Positions 23,669-36,699 of a stretch of DNA of 64,000 bases are shown here, in pieces. The DNA comes from Selaginella moellendorffii (taxonomy: Eukaryota > Plantae > Lycopodiophyta), in the NCBI RefSeq assembly GCF_000143415.4, contig NW_003314273.1, positions 1 to 64,000 of the forward strand, in the 5' to 3' direction. The stretch's first letter is position 1. The number at the start of each line of letters is the position of its first letter. The notes below the pieces were generated by a model, which was given only the letters and a program-made list of their open reading frames with translations, made no database searches and had not been told where the DNA came from. A program made the position numbers and the translations under genes.

Positions 23669-24903
23669 TGAGGGAAGATGGTGGTGGTGAAGCTGAAGGG
23701 GTTGACGAGTTGGTCAATGCAGACTATGAGGAAGAGGAGGTGAGTTACTTTCGTTGCTTTCCTCAAGCTTTTCTCGCAGTCAATGCAAACACTAATCCGT
23801 TGATGTATCTGGTAGGCTTTGTCCGCGGACATTGAATCCAAGTGATGATTGACACGGGAGTTATGCATAGCATGATATCCGAAAACTTAGTTAAGTTGTT
23901 AGGATTAAATGTTGAGCAAATGTCACCTATACACTTCCGGTTTGCAGAAGGTGGGCAAGTAGCCAGAAAGTTTGTGAGTGATGTTCCAATAAAGATATCC
24001 AAGTGGAAAGAAAGAGTGGACTTGGTAGTGTTAAAGATACTAAATTTTTAGATAGTGTTTGGTATGGACTTCTTCAACAAATATATAAAAGGGATTTATG
24101 GTGCTAAACAAAGTTGTATCACATTAAACTTAGAAGGACGACCTAATGTGTCCTTCCAGTTGCAAAAAAGTTCCTCAAAGGATTGGGATGCTAAGTTCCT
24201 AATTGCAAGGGCCGTTCAAAAAGCAGCTATGAGGGGATGTCAGACCTTTTGGGTTCAAGTGATGGAAGCTGAGAGTGTTGGTGACTCAATTTGAATCGGT
24301 GACGGGGTTGATCCTGTACCAAAGAAGATATTAGAGTTGTTGGCAAGGAATCAGGATATCTTCCCGAAGGATTTGCCACTAGGGCTACCTCCTAGCCATG
24401 AGGTTGATCATTGGATTGAGGTTATTCTGGGTTCTAAACCACCTACGAGAGCTCCATATCAGTTGAACATCAAAGAGATGGCTGAACTCAAGAAGCAACT
24501 CACAGAACTTTTTGACAAAGGTCATATCCAATCAAGCAAATCACCTTATGGAGCGTCGGTCCTTTTCGTTATGAAAAAGGATGGAATCATGAGGATGTGT
24601 ATTGACTATCAAGCACTCAACAAGGTCACGGTTAAAAACAGTTATCCTTTGCCATGCATTGATGACTTGTTTGACCAACTCTTAAAGGCTAAGTATTTTA
24701 CGCGACTCGATTTGCAGTCCGGGTATCATCAGATACGGGTGGCGGATCAAGATGTGGAGAAGACAGCCTTTAAGGCTCGGTACGGATCTTATGAGTTCCT
24801 TGTCATGCCGTTTGGGTTATGCAATGCTCTAGCAACGTTCAACACTATGATGGATAGAATATTCGGAGATTATTTGGATGCATTTGTTGTCCTATATATC
24901 GAC

Positions 24904-27468
24904 CATACTTGCATTCGAACAGGTATGATTAATAAAAAATGCCATTTAAAACGGGCGTATAATACAGCATTTAAACACCAAGAATATTTTTAAAAAACCC
25001 TAAAGAATATGCTTTCTTTTACTTAGGATTAGGGTTCATGTAAAATCAAGGTTCGCAGGATCCGGAAGCACTGAGGTAAGTCCGGGATGGGGGGAGGAAG
25101 GCAGCCATGCTGGAGTTGGGCTGATGTTCTGAAACTGAAGCCGACATCCGAGACAAGCCACAGCGTGAGTCCATGGAAGTGTAAGTATTGCTCGAATACT
25201 TACACTGGCATGGCTGAACGAGTTCGCGCTCACCTTAGGGGTGTGAAAGGAAGGAATGTAGAGATTTGTACATGACAGGTGCCACTAGAGGTGGTGAACA
25301 AGGCTCAAGCATCTTTTAATCGTGTGGAGCTCATGAAGAGCTCCATGATTGCAGCAAGTCCCCAAGAGAGACTTGCCTTAGCTCACGAGACTGAGGTCGG
25401 TGAGGTGAGCGGTGGTGCCAGCTGCGGGGCAAGTGGTGGGGCTACTAGAGGGCTGGGCGAGGCAAGCAGCGGCAGCATTCCACTTTCCGGGAGCAACAGT
25501 CTTAAACGACATGCTGCACCGGTGTTGGATGGTGACATTCGAAAGATGATGAAGTCTGCAAAGGTTCAATGTCTGGATGATGCCGTGTCCGAGTTCTTCT
25601 ATATTGAAAATATCCCTTTCAACACCATTCGGAGGCCAAATCTGAAGAAGTTGCTTCAAGCTGCTATCGACTTCGGCCCTAGAGCTCTTGCACAGATGAT
25701 GGGATATGAGAAGCTCTGGAGTACATAGCTGAAGAAGCTTTATGATAGTGTCAATGCTCAACTTGATCCAATCCGTGAGGGGTGGAGAAGATATGGAGTT
25801 AGCATTGTCACCGATGGCTGGTCTGACAATTGTAGCCAATCCTTGATCAACTTTATGGCCTCCAAAGTCCAGGGTTCGGTTTTCTTGAAGTCTGTAGATT
25901 CCGAGGGCAGGACAAAGACGGGAGAGTGGATTTGGGTCGAGCTGAAGAAAGTGATTCAAGAAGTTGGCAAAGAAAACGTTGTTCAAGTGATCACTAACAA
26001 TGCATTAAACTGTGCGTAGATAGGAGAACTCATGACAGCTGAGTATCCTCACATTCTCCACAGCCGGTGTGTGTGCCACGTCTTGGACCTTCTCTTTGAA
26101 GACATCGGGAGCTTGTCATGGGTAAAACCATTGGTGAAAGGCTGCAACGAGGTGGTAACTTTTATCACCAAAACACCTCGTGTTTTTTCTTTGTTTCAAA
26201 AGCTGAGCAATCAGGATCTCATCAAGCCAGCGAGCACAAGGTTCGCTTACATGTTTCTAGTGATGTCTCAGCTCCTGAATCTAACGACCTTGGAGGCATT
26301 GAAGGAGATGGTTGTGAGCTCCAAGTGGTGGCGATTGGACGTCACGAAGACTGCCAAAGCCTAGCGCATTCGAACTCGAATCTTAGAAGAGACTCCGAAC
26401 TCTTTCTGGACTAGGTGCCAGCACTTGTTGGTGCTGCTTGGACCGCTCCTCAAGGTCTTGAAGCTTGCGGAGTGGGAGGGGGCAACTTTTGATCTCATTT
26501 TCAAGGCTATGGACCGGATGAATGAGAAGCTTTCAAAGGCTGTTGAGACTGGGATTTTAGCCAAGGAAGAGGTCGAGGAGATCAATAGGTTCATGATGGA
26601 GGATCATGGCGAGGGAGGTTGGAAAGTAGCTCATTGGTTCCAGATGCATTTGATCTTGCATGGAGCTGCTTTTGTTCTAAACCCAGCTTTTCTTCATCTC
26701 CCTCTCGACCAGGAGGCTTAGGAAGATTTTGTGGAGTACCTAGAGTTGTATTGCAAAGGAGATTGAGGACTTAAACACAAGCTGCTGCATGAGTTTCAGA
26801 GTTTCCGTCAACAACTTAGCATTTATTCTCTTCAGAGGCAGCAAAGCAGGTGCATATAAACTGTTTGTTTGTCAACATTTTAGACTGATTCTATTGTACA
26901 GATGGAGAACCAAAAACACCCAGTGAGTTGGTGGAGCAACTTTGGTGCAGGCACACTAGAACTTCAAAGGCTTGCTTTATGGATCTTGAGTCAGCCAGTT
27001 TGTGCTTCACGATGCGAGCGAAACTGGACCTCATGGAGCATGATCCAGACAAAGAGGAGGTCTCGACTGCTCTCCAAAAACTCGGAGAAGCTGGTTTTTG
27101 TGCACACAAATATGCGTGTTGTATAGAAGATCGAGTCCGGGAGTTTGAGGCTTATCGAGCATGATCTTGATAACCTTGAGCTTGAGCCTCAGTGGCAAAG
27201 GATCCTTGCACTTTAGGAGGTTGTTGAAGAACCTCTTCAACAACCTGATGACGACGGCATTAGTGGTGATGATGTTCTAGATTCGGAGGATGAAGATTAG
27301 ATTAAACCTATATTATATTATATTAAACTTTATTTAGTAACAGTTAATTATTTTTAATTATATTAAAACTAAAAACCATTATACCCATTCGAAAAAAAGC
27401 TAAACAGGTATTAAACGTTCGATACCCGTTCGAATCCAGTTGCGTTCAAATGTTCGGATGCAAGTATG
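24904..27468 (+). mobile_element. hAT DNA transposon (BED finger, DUF659-type core, hAT dimerisation domain), degenerate
   Basis: 18-bp TIRs CATACTTGCATTCGAACA / TGTTCGGATGCAAGTATG, 8-bp TSD ATATCGAC. Motifs WKCKYC..RVRAHL, TDGW, CVCHVLDLLFEDI, SRCERNW. Several stops. Confidence 0.95.
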
Positions 27469-30400
27469 ATATCGACGATGTTCTAGTCTTCAGTGAAACG
27501 TTGGAGGATCATTTGAAACACTTGGAGTTGGTGTTTCAGAAGAAGTGCGAACACAAACTGTATGCTAAGGAAAATAAATGCACTTTTGATCAATTGCACG
27601 TAAACTTTCTCGGACATATAGTTGGTGGTGGCGTGCTTGAAGTCGATCCAAAGAAGGTGGAAGCGGTGAAGTCTTGGGAAGTCCCGACCACTGTATCAGA
27701 TGTTCGTTCCTTTCTTAGTTTGGCGGGATACTATTGCAAGTTTGTCCGCAATTTTGCAAGAATTGCTCTTCTGTTGACTGAGTTGACGAAGAGTAGTATT
27801 CCGTTTCATTGGACACTAGCTTGCTAGCGTGCTTTTGTACAATTGAAGGAGATCTTGACTATAGTTCCTGTTCTCAGAATCCCAGATCTTGATAAATCCT
27901 TTGAAGTGCATTGTGATGCATCTGGCTATGCTATTGGTGCCTTGTTGCAGCAAGATTGTGACAAAGCAGTTGGTGTTACGCTAAAGCGACATGGTTGTCT
28001 CGTTGCATTCTATTCCAAGAAATTGGATGAAACTCAACAAAGATGGCCAACGCATGAGAAAGAGATGTTTGCTATAGTGTTGGCCCTGGAACACTGGAGA
28101 TACTACTTGGGTGGACATACCAAGGTTTATACAGATAGTAACACATTAAGATACTTTGCTACGCAACCTAAGCTTATGCCGAAGCAGGCTTGTTGGCAAG
28201 AGAAGCTTGCTAGATATGATATTGAAATCATATATAAACCTAGTAAAGACAATATTGTTCTGGATGCATTGTGTGTTCCTCTAGGGGGGGGGGCTGTGGG
28301 GGGTTCCAAATGTATAGTAGGGATAGTGGTTGGAATGCATGTTCGACCACCTGAGACATTAGTTTGGCTCTCATTGGGCTGTGTCGCTTCTTGTTCTGCG
28401 TCTGGCTTGGGTCTAAGCCCAAGCTCCATGCTGCTCTAGTCGGTGGGTACCCTCCTCCTTGCGTTAGGTCACTGGTATGCCAAAATTGTGCCAGACTCCG
28501 TTTGACACCATTTTGCATGCAGGTGCTGAATACGGGGAGCTAGTGCTTGTGGGATTGTACCGGACCCTCGTTTCATAGTGCAACGGGCTTGGAGTTCAGC
28601 TCCAAATTCATGTGTGCTATAACAAGCAACAGAGCATTAGCCATCCATCGACGAATTCCCAAATCTCTCCCAATCCTCTTCCTCAGGTTGGATTGGACTT
28701 AAGGTTCGACTACACTCCCTGCAAGCACAAGCAGCCAAGCACACCAAGCCTCCAAGTTCCTAACATCCCTTGGTATAGCAAGACTTAATTATGGGACCCT
28801 CTAAATCCTAAACCTTGGGTGCAACACTTGCTTTGGGACGCCGGGGCAAAACATCATGGCCTAACGGCCCGGTATGGGTACCTCTAACCCCCCCCCCCCC
28901 CCCCCCCCCTCACCCAAAGGGAAGGCCCAAGCCTCTAGGAAGGGCGAGGACTAATGAGTTGCAAGGTACTCAAATGGGGCACCACTCCATATGAGCCGGG
29001 AGCACCGCAGTCGGTTTCCCTTCTGAGAGTGGGAGTTACTCTTGAGCACTTCCTTGGGTGGCCCCTCCAGCACCACCCGAGTCCATGCTCATTCCCACCT
29101 AAGGCCCCTCAGCCCCAATCTCAACCTCAAGTCAGTTTGGAAGCACCATTGGAGAGTTCCTTCAAGATTGGTTTCTGAACCTCACTATCCTTACTATACT
29201 TTTGGAACCCCTTGCAGCCCCCCCTAGGAGACACACGCTTTGGGCTTGACCTGTATTAGTATTCGAACTCGGTCTCGAACTCAATCTCGGACTCGGCTTT
29301 GAACTCGACTTTGAACTCGGTCTCGGACTCAATCTTAGACCCGACCTCAAACTCTATCTCAGACTCAATCTCAGACTCGGTCTCGAACCCGATATCGAAT
29401 CTTAGACTCGATCACGAACTTGGTCTCGGAGTTGGTCTCGAACTCGATCTTGGACTCAGTTTCAAACTCAGTTTTAGAGACGATCTTGGACTCAATCTCG
29501 GACTCGGTCTCATCCGATGAACTCTTTATCATTTTGGTCGTGTCTTCGGGGATCCTTTAGCCTTTGACACCTTGAGGAGTCGGTTCCTTACACCCGTAGC
29601 CGATCCAACACTTTACAAACATCATAGATGTGTTCCTTCGACATCCCCTTTTACTAGATTAAGACATCATCAATGAAGTCAGTAGTCACCTTTGGCATAT
29701 CACAAAAAACTTCGTCCATCATTTGCTAAAAAGTCACTAGAATATTATTCAAATCAAACAGCATCACCAAGAATTCATACAAACCAAACAATATATGAAA
29801 AACAGTCTTAAGAATATCTTTTTTAGCCATTAGTACTTACCAGTACCTAGAAGTAAAATTTATTTTGGTGAATCAACAACTTCTCCCCAAACAATCCAAA
29901 AGATCAACAGTGTGAAGAAGTGGGTATTCATCCAGGATTGTCACTTCATTTAACGTACGATAATCAATGCAAAAATGAATACTCCTATCAGGCTTCATCA
30001 CAAGATGAGGTTCACATATTTAAGGACTCTGCGGCTTTCGAATGACACCCTTTTCCAACATCTCCTTGATGTTTGCATGTAAAATGTTGATCTCTTTGGG
30101 TGACTGACGACGAATAGAAACTTTGATTGGACGAGCATCCCCAATTGAAATCAAATGACGTGCGGCAATCTTGGCCCCAAACAATAGGTCAAATTCAAAG
30201 AAATCAACATATTCCTTCATAAGCCGGTCAACCATTGCAATACAAAGATTGTAAAAAGGGATTGGAAAAGGGAAGAGCAGAATAAAACGGAAATATAAGA
30301 GGAAGTAGTGGGGAGACAAAAGTATTAAAGCAAAGGTAGAAGTAAAAAAATGAAGAGGTACGGAAGTGAGAGGAATTGATGAAATAAAAAAAGTATGAGA

Positions 30401-31973
30401 CAAAAGGGAGAAGCCTCAAAATCATACTTGGCATAATTGCATTGCAACCAATCTATACCAAGGATGAGGTCAAAAATTTGACTCAGCACCATCCACAATC
30501 ACTACAACTCAAGCTTAAGATTGCCCACATGCACAACTAGGTCTACCTCATCCTGTGCACATGCATGTATATGGCCATTGCCATAAAAAATGAAAATTAG
30601 CTCCACTACATGATATAAGTGTAGATGGCAACATGTGGCAACAAATCAAGCAATAGAAGATAAACTCAAACCTATATCAAACATAGAGAAAATAATAAGA
30701 GACCTTTTGTTATAAAAATGAGCTTGGAAAGTAAATATTAAATGAACTGGTGCCAAGTGAACCCTTTGATGATACTTCTGAAAGAAAGATGGAAGGGTCA
30801 CTGACTTATTTGCGCAAGGTCCCTTCCTTACTTGCATGACTCCTCATTTCCTAGATGCATCTCGATATCCAGCATTTCCATTGCAACAACACCAACAGGA
30901 CGTTGACACCAAGGTCTCCACCCAGGAAATTGATCACCAATATGAAAAACGCCAATAACGCCGATAAGTGTGACCAACTTCATCACATGCCCAACAGCGA
31001 ATATCATGACCATGACCACGTCCTCACCCTTGTTCTTAGACTCGAGCAGCAGCAGCATCAACCTCCATTGGAATAGGACCATCACCCACATGAAGTGGAG
31101 CTGAAGGACGTGTAGCAAGAAGTGGAAGAAGCAATATCTCATAACATTGTGCCAAGGAAAGAGCATCGTTAAATGTGGTTGGAGTAAGTGCATACACAAG
31201 TCCAGCAAGATCTTGATAAGTGTTGTCCACAACAATCCTAGCTTGATCTGCTCCGACATATTTGTCTCCACACAAAGTAACAGGCTTCAGAAATGAGCAC
31301 TAAATTGCATCACTGACTCCAATGGCCCTTGACGAAAACAATGCAATTGTTAGAAGGCATCATCACAATCATCGGCATGTCTAAATGTGTGTTTGAAGAC
31401 GTCTGGGAAAACACTCCATCCCTACGAGTGGCTGCACTCAAACAATTGTACCATTGCAGTGCCGTCCCTTGGAGACACGTGGGAAACTCATGCAAAAAGT
31501 GAACATCATCCTAAGAATGATTGTGGCAATCACCGTGAAGTGATCAAACTAATAATATACATCATCCCCAAGATTCCCATGAAAGAACTTTGGTTGAACG
31601 TGAAGATTGGCACCAAGAGCAAGAGGAGTTGTACCACATGCTATGAATATCGCCATCAACTAAGTTTGATTATTCAATTGTAATCACATAACATCAAGCA
31701 ATTGCATCAATTGCTGCTCCAGAGTCAAAGGAGGAAGAGACTATTGCTTTGCTATGAAAATGAATGAAAAGGAAAGAGCAAAAGAAGAGAAATGAAAAAA
31801 AAAAAACTAAAAGGAAAGGGAAATCTAAATAATGGAAAAGCTAGATCTAAACCAAAATCTTAAAAGAAAACAATAAAAAAAAAGAAATGGAAAAAATTAG
31901 ATCTAGATAATGCAAAAGTTAAATTTAAACCAAAATCCCAAATCCAAGCACTTCTTAAGGACATTGAAATGTG

Positions 31974-31989
31974 CCCCTCACTTCCACCA
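31974..31989 (-). promoter_or_regulatory. Putative PBS of element X (tRNA-Ala-like), next to a probable LTR starting at 31991
   Basis: Minus strand ...CTCACA T TGGTGGAAGTGAGGGG upstream of gag. The LTR's other end was not determined. Confidence 0.45.
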
Positions 31990-32663
31990 ATGTGAGTGCA
32001 TGGAATATGGAAAGAGAATACAAAAAATGTGCATATTAATTAACCAAAAAACCTTAGTTTATATATAAAAGTGAGTGGTCTGGATTGAAACCAATTTAAC
32101 AATTACCAAAATCCCATTATGCTAATATTAGTATATGGCATCGTAACTATACACTTGGACCTCATAATGGGAAATTATATTTTTGGTAGACATTAGAAAC
32201 TATCATTTAGTGAATATTGAGGGAAATGTGTCATATAAATATGTCAAAGGGTTAAAGTGTGCCCATCATATATAATTATGGTTTTAAACTAAGTATGATT
32301 AATTAGTGATATATTAGCAGTAATCAAAAATTTAAACTAAGTGTGCTTAATTAGTGGGGAATTAGTAATAATTTTAGGGTACACCAATTGAGATCCTTAA
32401 ACTCTTGGGCATAAACTGGTGTCAACGTTCAATCTAGTTCTACTATGACAGCTGACTCATACTCTGAATCATTACTTCATTGATAAGGCTTTTATCCCCA
32501 AAGTGTGCACTCTTGGGGCGGTTTTCAGATGGAGGCCATTGTATCAATAGTAGGAGACAAAATACAACTTGTGTTAGTGTTTGCAGAGTTTCTTTCCACA
32601 TCAAGGTAAATAATGTCCTATTGATTTAATGTTTTATTTTTCTCTGGTTTGTTTGTACGTTTG

Positions 32664-32790
32664 GATGGGATAAGAGTTTTAGCGGAGCCACCAGTGGAGG
32701 ACCGCTTGCAAGTGGAAAGCAATGGGAAATCCACCACCTCGGATATACAGACTTCAAGCTTGCGGACCGAAAGCTGATCGACGCAAAATT
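32664..32790 (+). pseudogene. Deletion-riddled fragment of the synaptotagmin last exons
   Basis: ttagcggagccaccagtggaggaccgcttgc is identical to ~54259-54289, with further patches matching up to ~54475. Confidence 0.85.
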
Positions 32791-32866
32791 GAGACAACGG
32801 CCGGATTTGTGTTTAATTAACGGCAGTGACGCAGTTTAGCAATTTTAATTAGGTCGAAGCGGAGCT

Positions 32867-34241
32867 ATGGCGGTGGTGTGGGTGAAGTGGGGGGACGAGG
32901 CGCTGTGCTTCCCACTCCAGGACGGCGCCAAGATGATGGTAAGCTCCATCGCTCGCCACTGGGGCCTGGACCCGGACTCCCTCCGCATCGCCGACTGCGC
33001 TCTAGTCCCAGACGCCGACGGCAACTCGGTGCTCTCGCTTGACGACATGGTAGCCTTGCTCCAAGACCAGCCCGACTTGGGCGATGGTAGCAGCCACGAC
33101 CAAGCACTCCTCGTCACTGGCCGCCGCTGCTCTGCCACCAGGGATGCGTGCTCGGCTTGCGATCACCCCGCCGTCCAGGATCTCATCCGACAGCGAGACG
33201 AGGAGGATCTGGTGGCAAGGAAGAAGCAAAGGAGAGAGGCCGCAGAGTCGAGGCAGCGCAAGGCATTCCACAACAGTGTCAAAAACCTGTGGCCGTACGT
33301 CAAGGAGCTCAAGGGCGGTGGCCCGTTTAGGCGCTTGAGGCCAGAGCAAGCTCGCGAACTGCTACAGTCCAGCGTCTCCAAGATGGTGGCTCGCTTGCAC
33401 TTTGTGGAGGGCGATGACGAGCCGAGCGACGACAACTACAGGGGCATGGCCGCCTTGGTGAAACCCGATGGATCTTGCTTCACCGCCGCCTCTTGCTGCG
33501 ACCGTAGCTCCACCTCTGGCAGGCACATCCTGGTGTTCTCGGATCCAGCACTGGAGTACGAGTGCATGGTGTCTTTCAAGGATCCGATCGCCGTTCTGAC
33601 GCCGATCGAACCTGGCGTCATCTTCAACTATTGCATCAACTGGAATGACTGGTTCTGCAACTCGGGTAGTCCCTATAGCTGGAAGCGCGACCCAGAGTCC
33701 GGGGACATCAAGTGCGTGTCGGGCATCTTCCTTGACGGTCGAAGCCTTAGCAGTGGCGAGTGCAAGCCTTACCGCAAGGTGATCTTCCGTTCGAGATGGT
33801 GGAGGTTGGTGCTCCAGTACTTGATAGCCGTGGAAATCTTGGCGGAATTGTGGTGGAATTCGAGGAGATCCCGGCTCGCGATACTCGGTCCAAGAAGAAT
33901 TATGGGCAGAGGAAGTTCGATATGATTAGCATCCGTGACTTCTACAGCAAGATGATCAGCAGGGATCCTGACTTCGCGAAAGGTTTGGTTTCCGGCCACC
34001 CTTCTTCTTGGCAGTTTTAACTTAACTGTAACTGTCTGATGTCCTCAGCGCTCGGTGCTGCCCTTGAGCACCGGAAAGCAGCCGTTTATGTGGCATGTGG
34101 CGGTACTGGTCTGACGACTCTTTGGAAGGATTGGATGACAACTCATCCCGTCGAAGGTAAGATACATTCTGGAATACGTGACTTTGACTCCGAAGGTTGT
34201 GGTTTTTATCTGACACAGAATATGACATTGATGAGCCTTGA
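32867..34241 (+). pseudogene. Uncharacterised protein (N-terminal header domain, basic helix, trypsin-fold domain lacking catalytic residues), copy 1, frameshifted
   Basis: Paralogue of 46229-47566. 1-nt frameshift near 33783. Predicted introns 33983-34048 and 34157-34218 at the same positions as in copy 2. Confidence 0.75.
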
Positions 34242-34699
34242 AGTAAGAGGTGTAGCACTGTCAATGAGGAAGACCTCCATTCAGGCTACGTAAAATCTTT
34301 AGCTATTATAAGATAGGAGTGTTTTGGAGCTGAGTCCAAAGCTCTTGGAGACCTGGCATTCATTTGCAATGTTTTTGTTTCAGCCGAAAAGGAATATTCG
34401 GCATCTTCTTGCAGAGAAGTTGGATTGCTGCTATGGCTGCCTGGATCGCTGCTTGCTTGGCTCACGCTGCTCTCTCGTTTTTGTGTGTGTTGGTCTTTCG
34501 TTTTTGCAAAGATTTCAAATGAGCTCCTGACCGGAGGAGAAGGAAGAGGAATAGCCACTTGATCTTGTTCTTTTTCTCTTCCCAAGAGGACTACGAGCTA
34601 CGCCACCAATATTTACAGGCTTGTCCCAAGGAAGTTTCTATGGCTCTTGCAACTCCGACGCATCTGGCACGTAAGGGATGATCTTGAGCATCAATCAAG

Positions 34700-34950
34700 C
34701 GCCCACAACTCCACTCCTTTTGTATCTTTGAACACGCTCTTTCTCACTCCCATATGTGGGACGACCGCGCACTTCTCACCGCATTGAAGGCAAGGATTGA
34801 ACCACGCTGTGGTGTGAAGGACGCGAGCATGGATCGCCCAGCCGATGCCGAGATCCCTGGCGATGCTGCACGGCACGCGGGGAAGGAGGCGGCACTTGTT
34901 CCAGGGGAAGCTCGCACTGCGCCGCCTAACAGGGCCGCCCTCTTGCACAC
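34700..34950 (-). pseudogene. PPR (PLS-class-like) gene fragment
   Basis: CSIARDLGIGWAIHARV resembles the L-motif ACS...L..GRAIHARI. Confidence 0.45.
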
Positions 34951-35269
34951 CTAGGGTGCTACATCATGTCATCAGCCTCGCGAAATTTCAGAAGTTCTTT
35001 CATTCGCCAATTGATGTGGGACTCCCAACTGGTAGAATGTATAAAAGCTCCCACAAAGTTTTAAAACCAGCTTCTACAGACCGAAGTGCTCTCGACTTAA
35101 ATGTGCCTTACAGGCTTGGGGGAGTTGCGTTCTCAGGAGTCCACAGCTTTTATACATTGTGGGAGTTGTGTTTTAATCGTTTTTGCTCTTGTGTTTGTTT
35201 TCAGTATCTTGCTACAGATAAATCTCTTTCTCAATCAATACCTCTGTCCTAATGAGAGTTGAATTTATT

Positions 35270-36175
35270 TGCCGAGATATTACATACCGTCAGCAGGGAG
35301 CTTTCCAGGCTTCAAGGCATCCAGAATGAGTCACCACTTTGCGGGATCTATCGCAGGAGCTCCGACAGTAGGAGGCTTTTGCGTTTCATGCACAGGATCG
35401 ACACGTCTGCTCGAGCCTATCTCTACTCGGCTGCAGCCATGGAGTGGGCCTCTATGAGGCTATAACTCCTCACCAACTTGGTTTCTGTTTGCTTCTACTC
35501 GGTTATCTCTCCCGGCAGCAGTACTCTCGCATTCGCAGCGAGGCACCATGAGAGATTGAAGACTCTAAGCTTCCGGAAAGCTGGCCTGGAAACGCTTCAG
35601 TGTTTCCACTAGTGGAGCTTAAGGTAGGAATTTCTAAACTTCTATAATGGCTTTGGAACTTTAAATAACAACAAAGGCATAAATTCACCGCTTGCGATCC
35701 GTCCAGTGGTATTCTTGCTGGGCCGAGTGAATGGGCAGTACATTATCGAGGGTTTATCATCAGGATTTATGTTTGTTCTTGGTGGAATGAGGCAAAACAA
35801 TTGTCTCTGTCCCATGCTCCAGTTCTCACCATTTTCAGACATAAGAAAAGAAAGAAAACTTTTACACGTTTACTGCTTTTCTTCTTTGCCACGCACGAGG
35901 TCTCCTAGTCATTTATCCAAGGGTGCACTTACCAATTACAAGAATAACTAGTTTTAAGAAACTTAGCAAACTGTCCTATCAGCGTTGGATCCTGTGGAAT
36001 GATGCTGAGCTTGGATCGCAGATCATCTTCGTTATTCCTGGACGAGTTATGCTAAAACAAGCCCGTGTTGGGGTACTGGACGAGGCCACTGCATCCGTGA
36101 ACAGTGCTACTGATGGAGTGATTTCCACCATCGCTCGCCTAACTGTGGTGGACAGCGACTAAGTCCTAAACGATG
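35270..36175 (+). pseudogene. ABCC/MRP transporter fragments with an internal inverted block
   Basis: Plus: RELSRLQGIQ, AAAMEWASMRL, IEDSKLPESWP, GRVMLKQARV.VLDEATASV. Minus (~35788-36030): [43 protein letters not shown]. Confidence 0.85.
35695..35787 (+). pseudogene. Fragment of oligosaccharyltransferase subunit OSTC/DC2
   Basis: [29 protein letters not shown] matches the recalled OSTC consensus. Confidence 0.75.
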
Positions 36176-36309
36176 GTATTGTTTTTGTTTTGGTGATAAA
36201 AATCTTTCTAATAAAAAGGAGCTCACATTTCTTCTATTCCAAGATATCTTCTGCATCATCAACTTAAGTCTTTGTAATTTCAGAGCCTTTTAAGTTCGGT
36301 TGGCTCGTG

Positions 36310-36666
36310 TCAGACGCTACAGCGGCAAATCGGGCAAGTGTGTTTCTTGGAGAGCCACATCGAGATACAGTCGCGATGGTAGAAGTGCCTGCACTTGGGC
36401 AACACATTCACCTCTTGCCCATCGCCAAAATCCCCAAGGCAAATGGGGCACTCCTCTCTCCCTCGCTCCCTCACGCTGTAGAGCTCCAGGGGAAGTACCA
36501 CCGAATCCATGCCATTCTCAACTTTCTTCTCGGCCTCGCCATCCCTGGTGGAAGCTCCAGTGCCATACCCCGCCTCACCAAAGCTGCAATCTCCATCTTT
36601 AATGCACAACCAGCAGCTCCAACCCGCAAACCACGCGCCACCCAACAAGCAACAGATTTCAGACAT
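36310..36666 (-). CDS. RING-H2 (ATL-type) E3 ligase, possibly a fragment
   Basis: CPICLGDFGDGQEVNVLPKCRHFYHRDCISMWLSKKHTCPICR. Start uncertain. Confidence 0.7.
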   Translation of the reverse strand: MSEICCLLGGAWFAGWSCWLCIKDGDCSFGEAGYGTGASTRDGEAEKKVENGMDSVVLPLELYSVRERGREECPICLGDFGDGQEVNVLPKCRHFYHRDCISMWLSKKHTCPICRCSV

Positions 36667-36699
36667 CGCCCACTATAGTCGGTGTGATAGGGTTTGTCC

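Larger units (their letters stand above)
20709..28621 (+). mobile_element. Ty3/gypsy element Y (defective; integrase and part of 3' LTR deleted)
   Basis: 5' LTR 20709-21617 (TGTCA...GCTACA), PBS TGGTATCAGAG 21620-21630, gag/PR/RT/RH fragments, partial 3' LTR ~28270-28621, TSD ACAAG on both sides. Confidence 0.92.
20554..29592 (-). repeat. Lone family Z LTR (20554-20708 plus 28622-29592) split by element Y
   Basis: TGTAAGCCACAAATTT...GGTTCCTTACA. The halves rejoin at ACAAG and match 13726-14846. Confidence 0.88.
11995..31990 (-). mobile_element. Old degenerate Ty3/gypsy element X (host of nested insertions); segments 11995-13725, 19841-20553, 29593-31990
   Basis: Gag-like CLQGTALQWY and PMEVD (~31.0-31.5 kb), RT IKEMLEKGVIRKPQSP, YLGYFISRKGL, RNase H LKLQIYDFDVIH...DALS, decayed integrase 12-13.3 kb. 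RLR|DIGLKLK reads across the 20554-29592 insertion. Confidence 0.75.
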
